A stretch of 64,000 nucleotides of DNA from Camelus dromedarius. Its lineage: Eukaryota. Of the stretch, positions 13,417 to 26,644 are shown one piece after another. The position numbers and the translations under genes were made by a program. The stretch lies in the NCBI RefSeq assembly GCF_036321535.1, contig NC_087436.1, positions 80,602,001 to 80,666,000 of the forward strand. Direction: 5' to 3'. Under the pieces are notes generated by a model. The model worked only from the letters and a program-made list of their open reading frames with translations, searched no databases and was not told where the DNA came from. Each line of letters opens with the position of its first letter. Within the stretch, counting starts at the first letter, position 1.

Positions 13417-15218
13417 TTTCATATTCTTTTCCCTTATGGCCTATTACAGGATATTGAATATAGTTCCCTGTGCTACACAGTAGGACCTGTTGTTTATCTA
13501 TTTTATATATAGTAGTTTGTATCTGCTAGTCCCAAACTCCTAATTTATCCCTCCTCCCCTCTTTTCCCCTTTGGTAACCGTAAGTTTGTTTTCTATGTCT
13601 GTGAGTCTGTCTGTGTTTTACAAATAAGTTCATTTGTATAATATTTTATATTCCACACATAAATGATATCATATGGTATTTGTCTCTGTCTGACTTACTT
13701 TACTTAGTAAGATAATCTCTAGGTCTATCAATGTTGCTGCAAATGGCATTATTTCATTCTTTTTATGGCTGAGTAGTATTCCATTGTGTGTGTGTGTGTG
13801 TACACACACATGTACTATATACATATATATGTGTGTGTGTGTGTGTGTATACATATATATACTATTTCTTCTTTATCCATTCATCTGTTGATGGACATTT
13901 AGGTTGCTTTTGTAATCAGTGCTGCTATGCACATTGGGGTGCATATATCTTCTGAATTAGTTTCCTCTGGATATATATGCCCAGGAGTGGGATTGTTGGA
14001 TCATAGGGTAAGTCTATTTTTAGTTTTTTAAGGAATCTCCATACGGTTTTCCATAGTGGCTGCACTAATTTACATTCCCACCAACAGTGTAGGATTCCTT
14101 TTCTCCACACCCTCTCCAACATTCATTATTTGTAGACTTTTTCAATAGTGGCCTTTCTGACTGGTGTGAGGTGGTACCTCATTGTGGTTTTGATTTGTAT
14201 TTCTTTGATAAAAAGCTATGTGGAACATCTTTTCATGTGTTAATTGGCCATCTGTATGTCTTCTTTGGAGAAATGTCAATTTAGATTTTCTGCCTATTTT
14301 TAGACTGGATGGTTTAGTTTTTTTGTTATTGAGTTGTATAGGCTGTTTGTATATTTTGGAAGTTAAGACTGTGTTGGTCACATTGGTTGCAAATATTTTC
14401 TCCCATTCTGTAGGCTGCTTTTTTGTTTTATGGTTTCCTTTGCTGTGCAAAAGCTTATAAGTTTGATTAGGTCCCATTTGTTTATTTTTGCTTTTATTTC
14501 TGTTGCCTTGGGAGACTGACCGAAGAAAACATTGCTATGATTTATGTCAGACAATGTTTTGCCTATATTCCCTTCTAGGAGATTTATGGTGTCCTGTCTT
14601 ATGTTTAAGGCTTTAAGTCATTTTGAGTTTATTTTTGTGTATAGTGTGACAGAGTGTTCTACTCTGATTTATACGCATCTGTCCAGCTTTCCCAACACCA
14701 CTTGCCCAAAAGACTGTCTTTTTTCCACTATATTCTTGCCTCCGTTGTCGAAGATTAATTGAGTGTAGGAATGTGGGTTTATTTCTGGACTCTATTCCAT
14801 TTCATTGATCCAGACAGATGTCTGTTTTAGTGCCAATATCATGCTTTTTGATGACTGGAGCTCTGTAGTATTGTCTGAAGTCTGGGAGGGTTATGCCTCC
14901 AGCTTTCTTCTTTTTCCTCAGGATTGCTTTGTCAATTCTGGGTCTTTTATGGTTCCATATATATTTTGTGATTATCTGTTCTAGTTCTGTGAAAAATGTC
15001 ATGGGTGATTTGGCAGGGATCACATTAAATCTATAGATTGCTTTGGGTAGTATGGTCATTTCAACAATATTAATTCTTCCAATTCAAGAGCATGGGATAT
15101 CTTTCTATTTCTTTGAATCACCTTCAAGTATCAATGTTTTATAGTTCTCAGCATATAAGTCTTTAACCTCCTTGGTCAGGTTTATTCTTGTTAGTTTTTG
15201 GGGTTTTTTTTTAATGTA
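13417..15218 (-). mobile_element. L1 3' fragment (~1.8 kb; disrupted ORF2 C-terminus plus 3'UTR)
   Basis: ORFs 14802-15059 ([10 protein letters not shown]), 14142-14477 and 13925-14122 ([14 protein letters not shown]) are L1 ORF2 pieces. TSD ttaaatca(t/c)atttt at 13403-13416 and 15219-15232. Confidence 0.95.
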
Positions 15219-15829
15219 TTAAATCACATTTTAGAGTTCTCATTTTTGAACCTGACATTTTGTGTGATTTCATTTCACGCTTTGGTTGCCTCCAATTTAG
15301 AATAAGTTAGTTATACTGTCAAAGGGCTGAATTTGAATGTATATGCACAAAGGTATAAAAACTGAATTTCAAAATTAAACTACATGAGTTAGAATAACAG
15401 AGACCTGGATTCCAGACTTGGCTAGACAATTAGCTGTACTTCCTAGCTATGACTTTAAGTTAGTTTTCTTATATATAATGTGAAAATTGTACTAATAAAT
15501 CCTAAGGGCCTTTGAATCATACTCTTCGGTTTGAAGATTAATGAGAAAAAAATTATTTCCAGTTATAGCCCCAAAAGGGTTTAAGAAATCTCTTCCCAAG
15601 TGTTAAATAAACTGGACAGAGCAACAAAAAGCTAAATATTCAAAAAAGAAATTTTAACAAGCAGGGCTATAGCCCTCCTATGGCTTCTCAGGACTCCTGG
15701 CAGATCACCTGATGAACAGCATCACATAGAAAAAAACCAAAAGCTACATAAAATCTGAATCAGTCTACACTGCTGGCCTTGATTTCTATATAAGCAACCA
15801 GAAGTGAACTTGCAGAACCATACTTACCC

Positions 15830-17200
15830 ACTTACCTGAATCTGTACCTTCTACTGTGTTTGAACTTTCTGAAACCATATCAAAGTCTAACTTCCCTACT
15901 TCAATGCTAGATGTTATGCCCTTACTAGTCAAAGACACTGCTCTAGTAAGCCCCTCTTCTCTTTCCTACATCACTGACTTCCTAATTTTGTCCTCCCAAT
16001 AAAGCAAAATCATTGGTGTATATATATATTTCCAATCATTAGAAAACAAACAGTAAACCTTTTGACCCCTACATACTCCTCTAGGTTATGGCCAGCTTCT
16101 TTGATTCCCTTTTCAGTGAAAGGGCAGAAAAGTTGTCCTTACTCTCTGTCTTCAAGCATTCTCCAATTCAAATTGAACATATTCCAATTACACTTTTGCT
16201 CCCCAACACACTACTGAAACTCTAAAGTCACCAATCACTCACACACACATTATAAAATCGAAAAGCCAATCAGATCTCATCTTTCTTGACCCATCTGCAG
16301 CCATCAGTGTGATCAAGCCCTGATACACTTTCTTCACCTGGCTTCCAGAACAAAGATTCTCCTGGTTTCATTCTATCTCAGGGGCCACTCTTCAGCTTCC
16401 TTTGCTAATTTCCCCCTTTTCTCCATTGATCACTAAGGTTCAAGTTATCCTCTTTCTAACCCATCAGCAAACACCACTGGCTCCAACTACTAAATCTATG
16501 TAGACTCTGACACTTCTCAAGACTCTGTACAATAGAAACTATCATTTCTCATTTGGGTTTTTTCCACAGATTAGTAACTGGACTCCTAACTTCTAGGGTC
16601 TCCCTATTTCAGTCCTTTCTCATCAAAGCAGTCAGAGTGATCCTGATAATGTTACGTGTATCATATAATGTAACATCTGCACCCAAAATCTCCCAGTGGC
16701 TTCTCATATCAGAATAAATGCCAAAATCTTCAAAACAGCAAAAAGAACCTATATAATTTAGCCTCCAATACCTCTGACCTCCTTTCCTGCTGACCTCCTT
16801 GCTAGTCCTCACACAGGCTAGGCATACTCCTGCCTCACAGCCTGTACACTTGTTGCCATTCCTCAATGCTATTCCAAGAGATGATTATCTCTACTTAGCT
16901 CACTCCCTATCTTCAGATCTTGGACCAAATGGCTCCTATGTTAACTCTTTCCTATTTGTTCTACTTAAAACTGTAACAATTTCATTCCCAGCAGCTCTAA
17001 CTCACTTCCCTGATTTATTTTTCTCCAATGTTACCAGCATTCATTTCACTTCCATTCCTATTTTTGTATGTCCTCCCACAAAAACATGAAATCCACAAGG
17101 GCAAGAACTTTATTTTGCTCAGTGCTACACCTTCAATGCCTAGGAAGGGGCCCAGCACATAGTAGGCATTCAATAAACATTTTTTGAATGAACAAATGAA
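15830..17200 (+). mobile_element. L2 LINE 3' region
   Basis: ctaaagtcaccaat, ttcacctggcttccagaaca; canonical L2 tail cacatagtaggcattcaataaacattttttgaatgaacaaatgaa. Confidence 0.85.
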
Positions 17201-17624
17201 TAATTACATTCTTAGGGCTAAACATAACAATCTTCCTGAGTTTACAAAACAAAATAATCTAATCGGGGCAACACTAGACTCTTGCTGTAAAAGAATCTCC
17301 CTAATATTTTTTCAACAGATAAGCGATAATAGCAATAACTCAAAAACTTCAGTAAATGTTGCAGCTAACATAAACATAAAGCAATCACTAGAGTAAATGG
17401 TTCCCCCCCCCAATTAGGTTTTAGGTTCTTGTTGTCCAAGAGTGACATTTATTTCCCACTAACTGTATCATATTCAACAATGGTTTGCAGAGCGACAACA
17501 CCAACACATAGGAAAATATTATAAAAATGTTCATTCCAAACTTGTTACAGACAAAGAACTGAGCTCTTTATAAATAAGGAAAGTCTAAAAATAAAGGGCA
17601 GATATTTGTAAGTGTTCTAAATAT

Positions 17625-19620
17625 TTTGTTTGGAAGTAATTTCAAACTTACAGATAAGCTGCAAATATAAGAATAAAAAAATCACCCTTACACTCAAAGT
17701 CACCAATTGTTAATGTTACCTTCTTTGTTCTGTCACTTGGGCTCATGTACTTTCTTGCACTCTCCCTTCACACAGACACACACACTCCAACTTTTATTTT
17801 TTTCTAGAAACCAACTGAGGATACCTTATATACGTCATGGCACTTTGCTCCTTTGCTTCAGTGTACATTTCCTAAGAACAGAGAGATTCTCTTTTATAAC
17901 TGCAATACAGTTATTGTTGGTAATCTGCACATTGCTACAATATCTGTATTTAGGATATGTACTCCAACTTATTGCAACTGGTCCAATGATATCCTTTTAT
18001 AGTACTTTTCTCCCCGCCCAGTATAGGATCCAGCCCAGGGTCAGGTATTGCAGTTAGTGGTCATCTTTCTTACGCCACCTTGAATTTGGAACACTTCCAC
18101 AGCCTTTGTCTTTCATGACAGTGGGTTGTGGGGGTTTTTGTTTGTTTGTTTTTTGAAGAACACAGCCTCCTCTCCTTTTTATTAAGTAGAATGTTCCTTC
18201 CTTTTTTGGGGTTTGCCTAATGTTTGCTCATGACTAGATCGGGTTATGCAGTCTTGGTCAGAATACCACACAGATGATGACGTGTGCCCTCAAAGCGCCA
18301 TATCCAGATTCACACAGTATCTATCTACCCTATGTTGCTGTTGGATTTTACCAATGTATAAACTCTATTGTATACTTTGCAAATAATACGCAAAGTGGAA
18401 AGACACTTTAACACTATGGAAATACCCTGCTCTTCACCGGTATTTCCCCTTCTTCTATTTTGTTGTGATTCTTGCCCTTTCTAACCTTCACTGTAAGTGC
18501 TGCAAAATGATGATTTTCCAACTCTAGTATCCAGAATTCTACTGTAAGCAAGAGATTTCTCTATTTATTCATTTATTTATCAGTTTATTATCATTATGGA
18601 TAATGAATCCCTGTTTTTAATGGTTCATAATTCATTATTACACTTATATGATTGGGCCAGTAGGAACCCCAACAGGCTTCTTGTGACTTGCTCCCATTTT
18701 GTTTTTAGAAACATTTTCTTATCTTCTAGTATTAAAAAAAAAAACAAAAACAAAAAAAAAAAAACAGATTCACCTGGTATGTATACCCTGCCCGGACTTG
18801 CAATCAGCCATTTCTCTGAGGAACTCCAATTCCTTCGTGTTGACAATAGTGTTAGAGACCAAGATTTGGATAGGTGTGCCCACTGCTCTTTGCCTTTTTC
18901 TCGGACAGAACTACTAGGAAATACCTGTATATATATGCACACAAATATATGGATGTGTGTGTGTATGTGTGTATATACATATATATATATGTTCACACAT
19001 ATACAAATGTACAGATACATACTGGTTTCAAAAATAATAAATTCACACTGCTACCTTCAATTACAGCCCATCCCCACAGGATTCATTTTTGCCTTTTCCC
19101 ATTCCATATTTGTAGGTCCCTCCTTCCTCAGATCCTGACCTCAACAACCTGAAAACATTTACTCAATCCATAACACACCTAAAAATGACCCAGAGTTACT
19201 TTGTCCACATCACTACAAAAAATAAACTCTAGTGGAAAGAGTTTGGGATTTGTTTGCAATTCCCCCCTTACCTCCACCCAAACTGAGGATAAACAGTCAA
19301 ATATTATGTTAAAAAATTAGATTCACTTTCTCTTCCCCTTCAATGTAAGTATAGTACTAATTTAAAATACAATCAGGTTCATTCATTCTGGTGGTTTTGA
19401 ATTTTCCCCATTCCCATCCTTATTTTGAATATGGAAGATAACATGCTTTGAAACATCAAAACTATATAAAAACGTGTATGCCTTTTTTATGTCATTATGT
19501 CTCATGTCATTCCCTACCATAAAACTTTGTTCTCATTACCTTTCACTGCCCACCTTTTTTTGTAAAGCTAAACAGATATGAGTGTGCTTTATCCCTCCCC
19601 TGCTTTTTAACACAAAATAT
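17625..19620 (-). mobile_element. Old L1 (L1MC-like) 3'UTR
   Basis: tttggaagtaatttcaaacttacagataagctgcaaa, cagtataggatccagcccaggg, gattgggccagtaggaacccc. Confidence 0.7.
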
Positions 19621-19659
19621 AGCTAACTAAATAGGTGTGTTTACACTATCCAGTTCAAT

Positions 19660-21440
19660 CCAGACTGGAGAAAATTCTTCCCAAAGCAATTTATAAGACA
19701 AGCAATATCTCAATATCAAAATCTGACACAGACATTAAGAGAAAAGAAATCTAGAAATCCAATATCCTTTGTGAACACAGATGCAAAAATTTTTTAACAA
19801 AATATTAGCTCTATAAAAGGGATATTATATCATGACCAAGTGGAGTTTATCCTGGAAATAGAAGGCTGGTTCAACATTCAAAAATTTATCAATATAATTC
19901 ACCATACCAACAGAATAAAGAAAAACCAATGATAATCTCAATAGATACAAAAATAGCATTTGACAAAATTCAACATTCATTCATGATTTCAAAAACTCTT
20001 AGTGAATCAGGGCTAGAATGAACCTTAAGATGACAAATGGATCTTTGAAACAAATAAAGCTAACATCATGTGTAATGGTGAAAGGCTGAATTCTTTCTGT
20101 CTTTATTATACTGGAAGTCCTAGCCAGTACCATAAGGTATGGAAAAGAAATAAAAGGCATTTTTATTAATGTAATTCCACGTTACAATGGAAGAAATAAG
20201 ACTGTCTATATAGAAAATCCTGAAGAATCTACCAAAAAAAAAAAAAAAAGCCTACTAGATTTAATAAGGGAATTTACTAAGGTTGTAGTATACAAAGTTC
20301 AATATACAAAGATTAATCATGTTTCCATATATCAACAATGAAACAACTAGAAATTTACATATTTATATACTGCCATTTATAATAGCACCCAAAAAACATG
20401 AAATGCTTAGGGATAAATCTAACAAACTATTTGCAAGATTCGTATTCTGAAAACTATAAAACACCGATGAGACAAACCAAAGATGACCTGAGTAAATAAA
20501 GAGATAAAGTATATTCATGGATTGGGAGACAACATAATTAAGATATCACTTCTCTACAAATTCATATACAGATTCAATGCAATTCCAATCAAAACTATTG
20601 TAGATTTTGGAGGTTTTTTGGGAAACCATCAAAATGGTTGATTCTAAAATTTACATAGAAGAGCCAGGAAACTAAAACAGCCAAAACAACTTCAAAACAA
20701 AAAAAAGTTGGAGTACTTATATTACATGACACCAAGATTTATTATAAAGCTACAGTAATCAAGACAGTGTGGTACTGGTGAAAGGACAGAAACCTAGATC
20801 AATGAAAAAAATACAGATTTCACAAATAGATTAAGATATTTATGGTCAATTCATTTTTGACAAAGATGTTAAGCAAATGAATGGAGAAAGGAAAAACTTT
20901 TCACCAAATAGTGCTAGAACAATTGGACAACCACATGTAAGATCCAAAACAAAACAAAAATCTCAACCAACCCATACATCACATCACATCCAACATTTAA
21001 CTCAAAATGGATCATAGACCTAAATGTAAAACCTTAACTATAAAACTTCTAGAATAAAACAGTGCTAAATTATTGTGACTTTGTGTTAGGCAAAAAAATC
21101 CTCCGCTAGGATATAAAGCACAAACCATAAAAGAAAAACTGACAAACTGAATTTCATCAAAACTAACTTCTGCTCTTAAAAAGACACTGTTTTAAAAATG
21201 AAATGAAGCCACATATTGGGAGAAAGTATTTGTAAAATACCAGATAAAAGACAGGTATACCCAAAATATATAAAGAGCTCTTGTAACTCAATAATAATAA
21301 TAAAATAAACAGCCTAATTTTAAAAAGAGCAAACATGTCACTACTTAGAAAAAAAATCCAGATATAGATAGCAAACAAGCATATGAAAGGATGTTAATAT
21401 CACTGATTATTCTTGAAAAGCAAATTAAAACCATTTTACT
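19660..21440 (+). mobile_element. Older L1 ORF2 fragment (RT to C-terminal region), degenerate
   Basis: catgaccaagtggagtttatcctgg, gcatttgacaaaattcaacattcattcatgat, aaagctacagtaatcaagacagtgtggtactgg. Confidence 0.9.
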
Positions 21441-21444
21441 ACGA

Positions 21445-22110
21445 ACATTAGCTTTTTGGTAGACATACGCTTTCACTTCTTTTGAGTATATACCTAAGAC
21501 TTTATAGCTCAGAACGAATATGTTTAACATTATCAGAAACTGGAGGGAAGGGTATAGTCCAGTTGTAGAACGCATGCTTTGCATGCATGAGATCTGGGTA
21601 CTGATCCCCATTACCTCTGTTAAATTAAAAAAATAATAATAAATAAGTAAGCCTAACTACCTCTCCCCTACTCCCCCCAAAAAAGAATTAAAAAATAAGA
21701 AACTAATCAACTATTCACTAAAGTGCATATACCATTTCACCAGCAGCATATGAGGGGAAACTTCTAGTTGCTCCATACTCTCATCAGATCTTAACATTGT
21801 CAGACTTGATTCTTAGCCATGCTAGTGGATGGGTAGTAGTATCACAGTACAGTTTTAATCCATATTTCCTTGATGATTAGTGTGATGAGCATCTTTCTAT
21901 GTACTTGCATCTTTCTATGTGGTATGTATTGGCTACTCACCTACCCACAGTAAAATGCCTGTGCAAATCCTCTGTCAATTTTTTGACAGAGTTCTTTGTA
22001 TTATTATTAAATTATGAGAATTCTTAAGATATTTTGGTTCAAATGCTTTGCTAGATATATGTTTTGCAAATACTTTTCCCAGCCTTGGGCTTGCCTTTTC
22101 TTTTTCTTTC
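21445..22110 (-). mobile_element. Older L1 ORF2-end fragment in opposite orientation, split by a SINE
   Basis: tttccttgatgattagtgtgatgagcatctttc, ttttgcaaatacttttccc; ORF 21975-22271 contains an ORF2-like KVFAKHISSK segment. Confidence 0.8.
21542..21697 (+). mobile_element. tRNA-Ala-derived SINE (camelid Vic-1-like)
   Basis: gggtatagtccagttgtagaacgcatgctttgcatgcatgagatctgggtactgatcccca with an A-rich tail; TSD agaaact at 21535-21541 and 21698-21704. Confidence 0.85.
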
Positions 22111-22686
22111 TTTTTTTTTAATGGTACAGCATGTTCATTTAGAGAAAATTCATTTAACTGTACACTTAGAATCTGTTCTCTTTTCTTTATGTATATACTT
22201 GAAGGAATAGGTTTACTTAAGGAGAAAGAGATAATGGTCAGCTCCTTGGAAGGTGACAAAATCATCATCAACTAGTAAATAGTCTGAAGATGATGCAATC
22301 CAGCCTGCATATACTGAAGACTGGAAAATACATCCATATATTCCTAGTTAAGTGCCCTTTATAACACTGGGGTCCTATCAGATGCCCAGACATGAAGCCC
22401 AAAATTAGCAAAAGGAGAGTAATATGTTGAAGGCCTCTCTCCTGCAATTCCTTATTGCAGTTTGAATTATAGACATTTCAAGTTAGGATATATTACACTT
22501 TCTGTTAATTACAGTTTTAAGTGGAAACTTGTATATATATTTTTGGAAACATATGTTGATGAGAAAAGCAAAGAGATTCAACTTTGATGCAATTACATAA
22601 AAAACTAATTCATGCAATGACGTTCAAAAAACATCTGATTGTCAAATATGTGTGCTAAAAATATTTTTTTCACATTACATATACTT

Positions 22687-22763
22687 AAAATAGATAAGCA
22701 ACAAGGATTTACCATATAGCATACAGAACATAATCTTATAATAGCCTATGATGGAAAATAACC

Positions 22764-22803
<40 letters not shown>

Positions 22804-22893
22804 CACACACACACATATATGTAACTGATTCACTTTGCTGTACACCTGAAACTAACACAATACTGTGAATCAACTATCCTTCAATTTAAAAAA
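22687..22893 (+). mobile_element. Short L1 3' tail with internal (TA)n(CA)n
   Basis: aaatagataagcaacaaggattt...gctgtacacctgaaactaacaca...tcaatttaaaaa; TSD-like attacata(ta/cg)ctt on both sides. Confidence 0.85.
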
Positions 22894-23622
22894 TTACATA
22901 CGCTTTTGTTGCAGCACAGATAGCTTTATATGTAAGTACTGTTTACTAGTCCTTAAACATTCTGAAATTATCTCTCCTAACATTAACTATAACAAAAAAT
23001 CAAAAGCATATTCATTTTTCATATTAATGAAAATACATACTTAGTAGAATATAAAATGTCAAGTAGAACACATTTTTTGAAGCAAAACAAAAATACTGCT
23101 CTCCACCACAACACCAACCCTTCTTCTTTTCCCCTAACCCATGCCTCAAATATAGTCATTAACAGGCTGGTATGCACTTCTTAGACATTTTGTCTGCTCA
23201 AAGGAGTGTATATAGGTATGCCCACATATATATACCTTCACAAACACAAGTTACATGGCATTTTAGAATTCTATAAACCTAAACTTTAAAGTTTAATAAA
23301 ATGAGGCCTTTATGACTGAGGAACTATAAAACACAAAAGATCTGAGTCAGGCTAAGACAAAAATAAGTTAAAATTTAATACAGTCATTGGATGTAGCTTG
23401 AAATCTTGCTAAAGTTTTGAGAACTTACAGCATATATTATTATTTCTGTTGTAGACACTCCTTGGAATGGGTGGGGAGCCTACAGTCCTTCCCTTTTCTG
23501 TGCCATGATCAGTGGTCTTGAAGAAAAAGATCAGAGAGAAAAATAGCAGGGAAATTTAGGAAATTGTTATTTGAATGAACCTCTCACAACAAGGCCACAG
23601 CCTAAAAAAGTTCCTCATCAGA

Positions 23623-25118
23623 TTGGCATAAAAATCAGATATATGGATCAATGGAACAGAATAGAGAGCCGAGAAATAAACCCACACACCTACAGTCAAT
23701 TAATCTTCGACAAAGGAGGCAAGTATCCTTCGTGGTATATACTTCGGCAAATGGTGTTGGGAAAGCTTGACAGCCACGTGTAAATCAATGAAGGTAGAAC
23801 ACTCCCTCACACCATACACAAAAATAAACTCAAAAAGGCTTAAAGACTTTTAAACATAAGACAGGACACCATAAATCTTCTAGAAGGGAATATAGGCAAA
23901 ACATTCTCTGACATAAACTGTAGCAATGTTTTCTTAGCTCAGTCTCCAAAGGCAATAAAAATAAAAGCAAAAATAAACAAATGGGATCTAATTAAACTTA
24001 AAAGCTTATGCAGAAAAAGGAAATCATAAACAAAATGAAAAGACAACCAAGGGAACAGGAGAAAATATTTACAAACAATGCAACTGACAAAGGCTTAATT
24101 TCCAGAATATACAAAGAGCTCACACAACTCAATAACAAAAAGCCAAACAACCCAATCCAAAACTGGGCAGAAGACCTAAATAAGCAGTTCTCCAACAAAG
24201 ACATACATATGGCACATTAAAAAATGCTCAATATCACTAATTATCAGATAAATGCAAATCAAAACTACAATGAGGTATCACCTCACAACAGTCAGAATGG
24301 ACATCATTCAAAAGTCCACAAATGATAAATGCTGGAGAGGGTATGGAGAAAAGGGAACCCTCCTACACTGTTGGTGGGAATGTAGTTTGGTGCAGCCATT
24401 ATGGAAAACAGTATGGAGGTTCCTTAAAAAACTGAAAATAGATTTACCTTATGATCCAGCAATCCCACTCCTGGGCATGTATCTGGAGAAAACTCTAATT
24501 CAAAAACTCTAATTCTATGCACTTCAATGTACATAGCAGCACTATTTACAACAGCCAAGACATGGAAGCAACTTAAATGTCCACTGACAGATGATTGGAT
24601 AAAGAAGTTGTGATATATATATATGTGTGTGTGTGTGTATCACACACATACACACACACATATACACACAGTGGAATACTACTTAACCATAAAAACGAAT
24701 GAAACAATGCCATTTGCAGCAACACGGATGGCCCAGGAGATCGTCATACTAAGCGAGTAAGCCAAACAAAGACAAATACCATATGATATCACTTATATGT
24801 GGAATCTGAAAAAAAGGACACAAATGAATTTATTTACAAAATAGAGACAACCTCACAGACACAGAAAACAAACTTATGGTTACTGGAGGGGGAAGGAGGA
24901 AGTAGAGATAAATTGGAAGTTCAGGATTTGCAGATACACAATACTATATATAAAAGATAAACAATAAGGTCATACTGTATAGCACAGGGAACTATATTCA
25001 ATACCTTATAATAGTCTACAATGAAAAAATATATACATGTATAACTGAATTACTATGCTGCATACCAGAAATTAACATAACATCGTAAATTGACTATACT
25101 TTACTAAAAAAAAAGTTA
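23623..25118 (+). mobile_element. L1 3' fragment (~1.5 kb; disrupted ORF2 end, 3'UTR, polyA)
   Basis: ORFs with [19 protein letters not shown] and [17 protein letters not shown]; full 3' tail ending in an A-run. Confidence 0.95.
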
Positions 25119-25159
25119 AGAAAAATCCCTGCTGCTGCCAGAGCAAACAAATCAAAATA

Positions 25160-26300
25160 TAAAACCTCATAATAACTGGGTGGACAAATGACCCTCATAG
25201 ATTAAGCCATACTCTCTCTTCAACCAGCCTAGTCCTTGCTCAGGGGTTTCATGAAAATAACCAAAACCAGGTGGCAGGAGAAGCAGTTACGTAAGGGATC
25301 AACTACACTAACAGTGACCTCACTACCGCTACTGTTGAGAACCCATTTGCCTGAGTCCCCCACAGGCACTACCTCTTAGCAGGCAAATTACATCAAGCCC
25401 TTTGAATTATAGAAATGGTGATGGCTGATTCCTGATGTAAGAGACACCAATTCTGAATTTGCTACTGCCAGCACCACTCTGCAGGATTAACCGAATGCTT
25501 CCTATAGATCACATGGCCTCTGACCCAGGAGTTCACTTTAAATGGCACTGGGTAGATAGATGCTCAGGGCCCCATCAGTCTTATCAAACAGACTCTAACT
25601 CAGACACAGCCGCCCCATCGTAGGAAGCAATAACTATATCTCGAAGCTTGATATAAGAGTTGTTGCCCAGGTAAAAACTTCTGAATTTGGGGTGCTATCC
25701 TGCAGTATACAAAATGGGCTCTGAAGCATTAACCAACATATGCTGTCTCATCTCCAGAACATAATGGATGTGGGAACCAAAGGTTAATAGCAAAGTAGTG
25801 TCTTCTCTGCTCTCAAAGTTTTACTTCTTGTGTCATTAACTCTGGAATATGCTGATCTTGAACTTACATCAGGAGACAATAACTTTCACTCTACTGAAAG
25901 CTGAGCTTATCATGTTCTGTTTGATTTCTTCGTGGCAGTAGAAAAACAAGCAAAAACGGAGGCTAGAGAATGGGTTGAGAATGACTGTCCATGACTATCA
26001 AGGGGAAGGAAGAGGTTGCTACTCTACCTTTGGGGACTAGGAAGGCCTCGAGAAGAACTTAGGGGAACCCACTGGAGTATGTTCTGGCAGTACTGGGCAG
26101 TGTTAGGTTAGTGGCAGACTATCACAATCCCATATGGTTAGAACTACCAGGAGCTCAGACCCTTTCAAGAATGAAGGACTGGGTCAGCTTGTTAGGAACA
26201 GAACCCTAATAAGTCAAGAGGCCAGCAGAATGTATGAAATCTGAAGTGGAACAGATTAGGGTATGTGCACTGGTACAATTCTAAGAATTTAATTTAACTA
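25160..26300 (+). mobile_element. Decayed ERVL-type internal sequence (RNaseH end / integrase)
   Basis: Frame-broken peptides NNWVDK, VLAQGFHE, GGR, SDLTTATVE, GLTEC and ASDPGVHF occur in the order of ERVL pol (NNQVD..AQWAHE..GHGGR..DLATATAEC..GLTECL..ASDQGTHF). Confidence 0.75.
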
Positions 26301-26644
26301 ATTTCCTTACTAGTCACTGGTGTGTGTAAATACCCCCATCTTTCCTCTTAAATACATTTTATTTCCTTTTCCTTTCCCCTAATCATGCAGTTAGCAAGTT
26401 CGCAGGAATTAAATTTAAGTTGTAAAGTATCAGGAAAGAATCATAATGCAATCAGGGGCAGCACAGTATCACCCACAATCAGTAGCCCCATGGCACTGCC
26501 TCTGGACATGGCACTTCAGCTTGCTTCATATTTTCTCCCACTAGAAAAACTGCCTCCATGGATGGGAGATAGCAGGGTCATCCTGACATGTATACAAGTG
26601 GGGAGGGAAGTGAGGGGAAAGGAGAGAAGGGAAAGAAAAGGGAT

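Noticed and set aside
18596..19152. 180-aa and overlapping ORFs
   Set aside because: They lie in an old L1 3'UTR and run through A-tracts and TA/TG microsatellites.
22200..22610. Possible processed pseudogene fragment between L1 pieces
   Set aside because: It looks vaguely mRNA-like, but I could not match any protein and saw no clear polyA/TSD; a BLAST search is needed.
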